This document shows positions 54,641 to 61,693 of a stretch of 64,000 nucleotides of DNA, piece after piece. The translations under genes and the position numbers were made by a program. The notes beneath the pieces were generated by a model, which did no database searches, was not told the origin of the DNA, and saw only the letters and a list, made by a program, of their open reading frames with translations. Within the stretch, counting starts at the first letter, position 1; each line of letters begins with the position of its first letter. The stretch lies in IMG/VR virus record IMGVR_UViG_3300010399_000035, positions 21,036-85,035 of that record, one strand, 5' to 3'. This DNA is from a virus.

Positions 54641-55756
54641 TTACGTCTCCTTCAATGGGTTATAGCTAGTCTCGTCCTCGTCGAAGCTCCAGGCGACGCC
54701 TTCCTTGGCCGTTCGAATCGTTGGCGGTACCATAAGGTAATAGGGCTTAAATTGGCCATCGGGCTCCGGGGTTGAGTTGATGACTTTGACCATAACCTCC
54801 CGCTCCCCGCCACGGAAGCGACCTTGCTCTGGAGGATCTATAACGTAGAGTTCGCCATACTCATCCTGCTGCGCTAGGCGAGCTCCAGCGGCTTTCAGGA
54901 ATCGTTCCCGCCCAAACGAATCGATCATGATGCGGCGAACTTCCATGTTCCAAGTTTCGCGAATCTCTTTGATCGTCATCTTCTCTGGCTGCTCAACTAA
55001 ATGCTCTTTGACGGACACTCCGACCAGATGATGGAGCCCAAACCCGTCAGACCACGCTACGGAAGGACCCTCCGCGTTATGGATTCGGCCTTGCTCGTCG
55101 CGGTGGAAGCGAACGTGCTTACGGCAGGCTAGGATAGCGTGTTCGTGTGCCCAGAACGGTCCGGCTAGAGCAAGTATTGTGTTGGCAGCCGATACGACCT
55201 CGGTGGGCAACTTGGACTTCGCGCCTAGCGCCACGCGATCCAAGTCATCTCCAGCCAACACCAATGTAAACGTGTTGGCCGCTTTAGAGTTAACGACCTT
55301 GTCCAACTGCCCCGTTAGGTCGATGCTGAACCGACTATGAAGCGTGCGGGACTCGCCGAAACTGCGTAGTAGGTCAAAGTACCCGTTGACTCTTGGGTAG
55401 TTATACCTGCCCAACAGCAAGTGGTATAAGTTCGGCCCTAGCCCAAGTTTGCCGTTTTCGGTTAGGTGCTGCCAGGCGGCGACTGCAGCCGGGGCGTAAG
55501 CCTTGCACTTGCGTGCGTTGTAGATCGATCGTGTGGTAGGTACGTATAGAGAATCGTTGAGAGCGCAAGTGGCATGCACCATGGCTGCCGCCAGCGGGGA
55601 ATCGAACCATACAATACGATTCGGGTAAGTCTGGTCGCTAGCTTCATATATGGTGCGTAGGGCCTGTTCAACTTCGGCTTCGTCTGCTTTGGTCGTGGCT
55701 CTGGGTTCTACCGCAACTTTGTACGGGTCCATCTTAAAACTCCTTTTCCCGCCCAC
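54641..55756 (-). CDS. DUF6745-like protein
   Basis: WFDSP, DEQGRIHNAEGPSVAWSDG, NMEVRR, VINSTPEPDG, VPPTIRTAKEGVAWSF. Confidence 0.7.
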   Translation of the reverse strand: MGGKRSFKMDPYKVAVEPRATTKADEAEVEQALRTIYEASDQTYPNRIVWFDSPLAAAMVHATCALNDSLYVPTTRSIYNARKCKAYAPAAVAAWQHLTENGKLGLGPNLYHLLLGRYNYPRVNGYFDLLRSFGESRTLHSRFSIDLTGQLDKVVNSKAANTFTLVLAGDDLDRVALGAKSKLPTEVVSAANTILALAGPFWAHEHAILACRKHVRFHRDEQGRIHNAEGPSVAWSDGFGLHHLVGVSVKEHLVEQPEKMTIKEIRETWNMEVRRIMIDSFGRERFLKAAGARLAQQDEYGELYVIDPPEQGRFRGGEREVMVKVINSTPEPDGQFKPYYLMVPPTIRTAKEGVAWSFDEDETSYNPLKET

Positions 55757-55781
55757 CTACCCTAAATAATCGGCCCTCAGT

Positions 55782-56108
55782 TTAATCCGCCACGTAGCGG
55801 TTGTACTCTGGGGTATATTCGCGCTGGCGGCGAACTTCGTAGTAGCCAGGCTCTAGGTCGATCGGCGCGTGTTCGTCGTGAACCACAACGCCCGGATCTA
55901 CCAACTTCAAGAACCGACGACCCTCCTCGGTTTCCAGCAGTTCGGCGACCCCACCCTCAGCGCACTCCGCAACATGGGCATGTCCGGTGACCTCGCCGTA
56001 GGCCAGAATGACCCGACCTTCGTCCTTCGGGACTGGCTTCAGGGTTGCTTCCGGCATCCCAACCCGAACCAGCAGAATGTCCCCTTGGCGATACATTTTC
56101 TTTTGCAT
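55782..56108 (-). CDS. Conserved His-rich partner of the DUF6745-like protein
   Basis: YRQGDI, LAYGEVTGHAH, HDEH, RQREY motifs. Confidence 0.7.
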   Translation of the reverse strand: MQKKMYRQGDILLVRVGMPEATLKPVPKDEGRVILAYGEVTGHAHVAECAEGGVAELLETEEGRRFLKLVDPGVVVHDEHAPIDLEPGYYEVRRQREYTPEYNRYVAD

Positions 56109-56149
56109 TAATACCTCCTTCCAACCAATGGTTTTGGCTTCCACCGTAT

Positions 56150-56205
56150 ATTATGCCTCAAGCGAACAGCTTTGGGGGCCGTTTTCAGGTTTATACTAAA
56201 ATAAC
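56150..56205 (-). promoter_or_regulatory. Promoter family B copy at the head of the leftward arm
   Basis: Minus strand GAAAACGGCCCCCAAAG...GAGGCATAAT. Confidence 0.65.
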
Positions 56206-56323
56206 TGGGTAGTTATTTTGATAGGACCCTGCCAGCACCGCTCAGGATCCGCTGATTAAGGCATACTTGCTCCGGTGGCGCGGTTCGCGCCGAGCCCAGC
56301 TAGCCCCTACGAAATCAGTTGGC

Positions 56324-56701
56324 ATGGAATACAACAACGATACTATCACGTACTGGGAATGCCCGGTATGCTTACGTCAGATAGATTCCTGGGAGTTCGA
56401 CGTTCATCTCTTCCGGCACTTAGCGGAGGAGGCTCCTACTACCGCATTGAACGACCATGGAGCAAACGGCAATGGCACTATGTTGGCTGCAGCCATAGAT
56501 CTGCTAGGGGTGGGGGCCGTCAATGGATTTGGAGGAGTAGAAATTGGCGATCCTGGACTGGAAGAGTTCCTGACGAAGCAAGAGGCCGAACTAATGGAGT
56601 TTGATGTCTGGTTGAGTTGCGAACAGTTACGGCGCTACCGTATCTACTGGGAGCGACACTACCGTAAGTATCGAGCGGAAGAGGAAGGAGGGGATGACTA
56701 G
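56324..56701 (+). CDS. Hypothetical protein with C2H2-like motif
   Basis: CPVC...HLFRH. Confidence 0.55.
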   Translation: MEYNNDTITYWECPVCLRQIDSWEFDVHLFRHLAEEAPTTALNDHGANGNGTMLAAAIDLLGVGAVNGFGGVEIGDPGLEEFLTKQEAELMEFDVWLSCEQLRRYRIYWERHYRKYRAEEEGGDD

Positions 56702-57123
56702 TGGCCCAATACTATAACTGGGATAGAGCCGACTATAACAGCGATCCCTTCCGCATTATGTTCGACAACTACTTCCGTCGAACCGGGACGCGCCACCCCG
56801 CCGACCCCAAGTATAAGGAATGGCAGGAAGCACAAAGCACCCCTCCCGGCAACCCTTCGGCTGGACGCGGAGCATCTCCTCCAGAAGAGGGGCCAAAATC
56901 CACAGCTCCGTATGTGTCGCTCGAGGTTCGTAAGGCGGCAGATTTTCTGGCTGCGAACTCGACTATACGCTCCGATTATATAACTACGTCCCCAGAGCGA
57001 ATGAAAGCCGCTTACCGCGAAGCGACTCAGAAGCTACGCCCCGATCTTGGCCGCAACCACGAAGCCTCGGTTCAGTTGAACGCCGCCTACGCCACGTTGA
57101 AGCGATTTCATGGCGTTCGGTGA
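56701..57123 (+). CDS. J-domain-like protein with HPD changed to RPD
   Basis: MKAAYREATQKLRPDLG...QLNAAYATLK. Confidence 0.65.
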   Translation: MAQYYNWDRADYNSDPFRIMFDNYFRRTGTRHPADPKYKEWQEAQSTPPGNPSAGRGASPPEEGPKSTAPYVSLEVRKAADFLAANSTIRSDYITTSPERMKAAYREATQKLRPDLGRNHEASVQLNAAYATLKRFHGVR

Positions 57124-57174
57124 AGGGTCCAATAAGTACGGCAGCCGTTTCCGACAGCAAACGACTGGACCTTA

Positions 57175-57453
57175 ATGGAATCCGTAACTCGCCGCACTAC
57201 TATGACGGCTTCGGGAGTGTGGGTGCGTGGAGCACTCTACGTAGGTGCGGCGATGCTGAACGATATTTATGCGTTCCTAACTAGCGATGCAGTTCCTCGA
57301 TGGCCAGTAGTGGTATGTAAGTTGGCGCTGACAGCGGTAATTACGATTCGTACTTTTATCGACCAGTCGCCAACCCAGCAAACTGCTGCAGGACAGGTAC
57401 GGGCGGGGGAAGCCAACGCGGTTGTAGTCTCGGGTAGTGAAGGGAATAAGTGA
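57175..57453 (+). CDS. Holin-like small membrane protein
   Basis: Two hydrophobic segments, just upstream of two putative lysins. Confidence 0.45.
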   Translation: MESVTRRTTMTASGVWVRGALYVGAAMLNDIYAFLTSDAVPRWPVVVCKLALTAVITIRTFIDQSPTQQTAAGQVRAGEANAVVVSGSEGNK

Positions 57454-57457
57454 GATT

Positions 57458-58192
57458 ATGAAGGGCAACCAACTCGAAGGTGACGGAACTTGGCCGTGGT
57501 TAAAAGTCGAGGTGGATGGGGCGGACATTTTGCTGCACTCCGCTACAGCTACTTGGTTCGGAGGCGCGCACGACCCCCAGGATTCCGGAGCCACCGCTAG
57601 CGGAGTCTCCACCAAGTTGCACCCTGATATCTTGGGCTGCGCACTGCCCATGGCTGGGTTTGGTCGCGCTACACAGGGTAGCCCAATTCCCCGCTTACCT
57701 TGGCATACTAAGGTAGAAGTTTTCTGCTACGAGACACACAAGAAAGTCGAAGTCGAACTCATCGACCTCGGTCCCTCGAAGTATACTCATCACGGACTGG
57801 ACCTGACCGTTGCCGCCTTCGCTGCGCTGGGCATTTCGCTGGACCAAGGTACGTGTCGCTGCGATGCGCGCATCATTGACGGGGCACGGCACATTAAGGG
57901 CTTCCACGCGGCCCTCAGCGGCGTGGTGGAAGGCGCGGAGCTAGCGAACGGCGAACCTCAGCCGGACTACAATCCCCAAATAGTACTCCCGCTGGAAGAG
58001 TCCGAGGAAGAACCCACCAACGAAGCGGAGCCGAACGCGGGGATTCCAGCGTCCGTGCTGCGCGGAGCTAGTAGGCCGCAGTTGGCCGAACCTAGCACTA
58101 GCACCCCAGCTACAGCGGAAGACGTAGTTGAAGCATATGGCTCAGGCGTACCAGTTATGAATTCTGCCGAACCCACCCCCTCACCAGCCTAA
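57458..58192 (+). CDS. RlpA-like double-psi beta-barrel protein (putative lytic transglycosylase)
   Basis: ATWFGG...TASG...CALP...IDLGP...LDLTVAAF; acidic disordered tail. Confidence 0.65.
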   Translation: MKGNQLEGDGTWPWLKVEVDGADILLHSATATWFGGAHDPQDSGATASGVSTKLHPDILGCALPMAGFGRATQGSPIPRLPWHTKVEVFCYETHKKVEVELIDLGPSKYTHHGLDLTVAAFAALGISLDQGTCRCDARIIDGARHIKGFHAALSGVVEGAELANGEPQPDYNPQIVLPLEESEEEPTNEAEPNAGIPASVLRGASRPQLAEPSTSTPATAEDVVEAYGSGVPVMNSAEPTPSPA

Positions 58193-58195
58193 TAT

Positions 58196-58780
58196 ATGCT
58201 CACTGATCTCCTCCAGAAAATACGCGATTTCTTCCTACCCTCCGCAGTGGTTTCCAGTGGTCCGCTGCTGGGTGCGGGTAATGTCCACGGTTTAGTTCGT
58301 CATCCAGGGATGCAAGTCCACGAGTGGGAAGCCTACCTAGCCGCTTGCGCGGAAGCTAACGTCAGTCCAGACAGAATCATCCAAGTCGTGGGCAATGCGC
58401 CCGCTTCTCAGGGTTATCATCTACCAGATGGGCAATTCACCAATTCCAACGGACACCTTGAAGACTATACGGCGGCATTGGATTTGTCCGTCAAGCATCC
58501 CAACGGACACCTTTCCACGGCGCAAATCAAGAAGCTACTGGATTGCTTAGCGAAGCGTGGGTTCATTGGTTGGTATCGGCCCTGGGGCGACAACGAACAC
58601 ATCCACGTTGTCTACTGCGGCTTGCCAATGAAGGCTAAGCTTCGCGACCAGGTACACGACTGGTTCAAGCACTTGGACGGTTTAGTGGACCATGCGTACG
58701 ACGGATTCGTGCTGCCCACTGCAACGGAGATGAACTTTTGCCGGGCGCTCTTCCTAGCGCATAACCCAGCGAATGGGTAG
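58196..58780 (+). CDS. Zn peptidase endolysin (M15-like), putative
   Basis: GYH...ALDLS...EHIHV metal-binding arrangement. Confidence 0.6.
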   Translation: MLTDLLQKIRDFFLPSAVVSSGPLLGAGNVHGLVRHPGMQVHEWEAYLAACAEANVSPDRIIQVVGNAPASQGYHLPDGQFTNSNGHLEDYTAALDLSVKHPNGHLSTAQIKKLLDCLAKRGFIGWYRPWGDNEHIHVVYCGLPMKAKLRDQVHDWFKHLDGLVDHAYDGFVLPTATEMNFCRALFLAHNPANG

Positions 58781-58789
58781 AGGTTTATT

Positions 58790-58963
58790 ATGATAGCTGC
58801 CATTATAGAAATCGTTTTTATTGGGTTGGGGGTGTGGGCGATCAATACCTACCTACCCATCCCACAGACATTCAAAGGCATTATCATGTTCCTCGGCATA
58901 CTAGCGGTCCTGATGGTACTGTGGGCGATATTCGGCGGCCACCAAGTGATCGCTGTTCGCTAG
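58790..58963 (+). CDS. Small two-TM membrane protein (57 aa, not in ORF track)
   Basis: MIAAIIEIVFIGLGVWAINTYLPIPQTFKGIIMFLGILAVLMVLWAIFG; GAGG RBS. Confidence 0.65.
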   Translation: MIAAIIEIVFIGLGVWAINTYLPIPQTFKGIIMFLGILAVLMVLWAIFGGHQVIAVR

Positions 58964-59037
58964 GAACGGACAGCGAAGGACTCTGCCCAGAAGATGGGCC
59001 CTAAACTTTATAGATTAGCGCAAGGGAGGTGATTTGA

Positions 59038-59421
59038 ATGAACTACATGGTAATCGTGATTCAAGGCGTCCTCGCCTGGATTGCCGATCACAAGAACTTG
59101 CAAGATCGTCTGCTGCAGGTGAAGCCAGTGCTAGTCAAGCTGCATGACATTATCGAGGTGATCTTCCCTGATGTTGCGCAGCGGAGTGGTACTGCACATC
59201 TAACTGCTGCTCGCCAGGAGTTGGATAGTGGATCGATTGTTGCCGAAACCGACGGTTCTAGTAATTCGGACCAGAGTACGGCTCCCGATAGTGAAGTTGC
59301 CGCAGTTTCTGGCAAGGACTCCACTGGAACCGGCGCACAGGATACTCCGGCCGATGGCAGTGCAGCCCCGCAGAATGCGGGCGATGTCCAGCGCGTGCCA
59401 GATGTGCCAGGGCAGCAGTAG
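59038..59421 (+). CDS. Hypothetical protein
   Basis: Strong GGGAGGTG RBS. Confidence 0.65.
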   Translation: MNYMVIVIQGVLAWIADHKNLQDRLLQVKPVLVKLHDIIEVIFPDVAQRSGTAHLTAARQELDSGSIVAETDGSSNSDQSTAPDSEVAAVSGKDSTGTGAQDTPADGSAAPQNAGDVQRVPDVPGQQ

Positions 59422-59574
59422 TCTAGCATTAGTAACTGGGTACCGGATGTATCCGGATAGCAGTAGTTGTATAGATTGCTCTTACCTGGCTTGTTTAGTC
59501 GGGCTAACCGGTCCCTCGGCCGAGTTGGGTGGAGAGCATAAGTCGGCTAAGGCGTAGCTTGCGAGCATCTCCCG

Positions 59575-59624
59575 AAGTGTACGGAGTTGAGGTAGGGATG
59601 TCTCGACTCCGTACACTTTTATTT
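59575..59624 (+). terminator. Long stem-loop with U tract
   Basis: AAGTGTACGGAGTTGAG / CTCGACTCCGTACACTT followed by TTATTT. Confidence 0.65.
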
Positions 59625-59649
59625 ACTGTCCGAGAGGAGTCGTTCCCCA

Positions 59650-60288
59650 ATGAACGAGCTAGCGGCGGCTAGGTTAGACTTACATATGGTAGCTACATGG
59701 CCTATGGAAGCAATGCCGATCCTGTCCAGCGCCATAGTCTCTGCAGACGAACATAGCTACGTAGATAGAACCCCAGTGCCTTGGTGGCGTACCTTTGTGA
59801 TGAACCGACCACAACCAACTCGCGTGTTACTAGTAGAAGATCAAGCGGACCAGCGGCGGTTGCTACAAATGTGGCTAGGAGGTCCTGAGGAGCCTAAGGC
59901 TGCTTGCGGTAATGATGGCTGGGAGATCTCCGAAGCAGCTACGTTAGAAGATGCCTGTGCAGCGGTCCGCAGCCACGAGTACGATTGTATCCTGCTGGAC
60001 TTGGGCCTAGGTTATTACACGGCGCAGCATGTATTCGACTCGGTGAAAGCGTGCGCAGGAAAGCAGCCTATCGTCGTGATGAGCAACAATGTAGACGAGG
60101 ACGTCTACGCATACGTAATGAGTCATGGGGCAGCGGAGTTCATCCCCAAGATGAGTGTTCACGAAGATGGATTGAAGCATTCCATCTGCAATGCGATGCG
60201 CTGGTCGGAGTTGGAGCAAGAGCAAGCACGGCTGGAAGCTAAGGCCGAAGAGCATGAAGCTACTGCAGCCAACTATAAAGTCATTTAG
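59650..60288 (+). CDS. Response-regulator receiver (REC) domain protein
   Basis: VLLVEDQ, ILLDLGL, IVVMS, GAAEFIPK; GAGGAG RBS. Confidence 0.85.
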   Translation: MNELAAARLDLHMVATWPMEAMPILSSAIVSADEHSYVDRTPVPWWRTFVMNRPQPTRVLLVEDQADQRRLLQMWLGGPEEPKAACGNDGWEISEAATLEDACAAVRSHEYDCILLDLGLGYYTAQHVFDSVKACAGKQPIVVMSNNVDEDVYAYVMSHGAAEFIPKMSVHEDGLKHSICNAMRWSELEQEQARLEAKAEEHEATAANYKVI

Positions 60289-60352
60289 TTCCGACTCAAA
60301 GCTGGTATTAGTTGTATCTAGCAGACTGGTGATACCTTGAGCAGGATGAAAT

Positions 60353-60871
60353 GTGAGGATGGTAACTTGGTGGCAGTGGGTGGTATTCGTCGCCGGATCA
60401 GGCGGGATCGTCTGGTCTACGTACGATCGGATAGCCCAGCGACAGAAATTTAATCTGGAGCAGAAGGCTGCCGCCTTAGCTAAGGATGAGAAGTTAGCGG
60501 ACCGTTCCTATCAAGAACATCACGATCTCGTTGAAGCCTTGCAGTCTGAGCGTACTAGTAAGAATGAAGAGATCGCCCGAAAAGACGCTGCCATTGAAAC
60601 CCGTAACGCGGAGATTGTACAGTGGAAGGAACTAAGTGGGAAGTCCAAGGAAATCATCGCCCACAAGAATCTAGAAATCTTCCTTTATCGGAGGGAGCGG
60701 CGCGAGCTTCTGGAAGCGACCAAGGAACTGGAAGAAGATTTGAAGAAAGTGGAAGCAGCCGCTAAGGAAGCGAAATGGGACGGTAATGAGGTTCGTGATT
60801 GCACCCAAGTTGTGTCTATGATGGCCGCCAAGCTGTCGAATGATATAGAGATCCCATTCGAGAATTTGTAG
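60353..60871 (+). CDS. N-terminal TM plus coiled-coil protein
   Basis: WWQWVVFVAGSGGIVW followed by charged heptads. Confidence 0.6.
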   Translation: MRMVTWWQWVVFVAGSGGIVWSTYDRIAQRQKFNLEQKAAALAKDEKLADRSYQEHHDLVEALQSERTSKNEEIARKDAAIETRNAEIVQWKELSGKSKEIIAHKNLEIFLYRRERRELLEATKELEEDLKKVEAAAKEAKWDGNEVRDCTQVVSMMAAKLSNDIEIPFENL

Positions 60872-60893
60872 AGCGGAGATCTCTCCCAGAAAA

Positions 60894-61247
60894 ATGGGCA
60901 ATCCAAAAACGTTGGTGGCCGTTTGGCTGGTCTCCTTCATTGTATCAGGGCTGATACTGGAAGGAGACCTTTTGGCACACCATGCGCTGCTCATTAGTTG
61001 GTACATTGCAACTTGGTTCGTGGCCTACCCAGCCTTCGTGTTCAGTGTTGGAGTGTTGATGGGGCATTGGGCAGGGCAGGGGTTTAAGGTAAACCGCTGG
61101 CTGGATTTGGTAGTATGGGTACTCATAGCCATAGTAGTAGCAGCGATAGCTCTGCCTACCCTAGCTTTGTTCGTTGCGGGCGTGGCCGCAGGACATAGCT
61201 TCTGGCAGTTCAAGGATAACAAAATCGCTGTATCCGAGAAAGGATAA
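60894..61247 (+). CDS. Multi-pass membrane protein
   Basis: 3-4 hydrophobic segments; repeated G..MGHW / G..AGHSF. Confidence 0.6.
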   Translation: MGNPKTLVAVWLVSFIVSGLILEGDLLAHHALLISWYIATWFVAYPAFVFSVGVLMGHWAGQGFKVNRWLDLVVWVLIAIVVAAIALPTLALFVAGVAAGHSFWQFKDNKIAVSEKG

Positions 61248-61248
61248 C

Positions 61249-61683
61249 ATGTCAAAGAAGATAGTTAGGCTTACCGAGGACGTAGAGGACTTTGAAGGCA
61301 ACTCTGCCAATATTACCGTAGGCAAGGTAATTATTCGCCAGCTACAGAACATGCCCCTAGCCGAAAATCCACAAGTCGGTGCCACACAAGGTGACCTGGA
61401 TAAGGCACTCCGCTGTAGAGCTCTCGTTCGTAGACTACAAAAGGCCATGCAGCAAACTCCTCCGGACGACCGTTTAGAAAAGGTCTCCGAAACAGACTAT
61501 ACAGTCATTGACGAAGCTATCAAACGGAACCCGATTGGATTCCCTAGAGCACTCATGACGCAGGTCATAGAAGCCTACAGGGGTATCTCTTACGATGAGT
61601 CCGACGACCGCGACGACCGCGACGAGTCGAGCGGAGAATCTCTCCCAGAAGATGGGCCTCCAAAACTAGAAGCCGTAGGCTAA
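61249..61683 (+). CDS. Hypothetical protein, possibly a fibre chaperone
   Basis: AAGGA RBS; precedes the fibre-like gene. Confidence 0.55.
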   Translation: MSKKIVRLTEDVEDFEGNSANITVGKVIIRQLQNMPLAENPQVGATQGDLDKALRCRALVRRLQKAMQQTPPDDRLEKVSETDYTVIDEAIKRNPIGFPRALMTQVIEAYRGISYDESDDRDDRDESSGESLPEDGPPKLEAVG

Positions 61684-61693
61684 ACCAAAACTA

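Larger units (their letters stand above)
826..61658. repeat. Dispersed motif A family, about 34 good copies, consensus GCGGAGCATCTCTCCCAGAAGATGGGCC
   Basis: Forward copies at 1223, 15359, 22952, 33450, 35685, 41728, 42929, 45286, 46233, 48349, 49967, 51752, 52192, 53778, 56867, 58973, 60873, 61631. Reverse copies at 1152, 13760, 21926, 24565, 30897, 33204, 36342, 37577, 38860, 40984. Dyads at 9239, 12058, 19183. Partial copies at 826, 2713, 5467, 16527, 35317, 62120. Confidence 0.9.

Noticed and set aside
826-61658. Motif A as a CRISPR array
   Set aside because: Copies are dispersed, degenerate and in both orientations, with no regular spacers and no cas operon.
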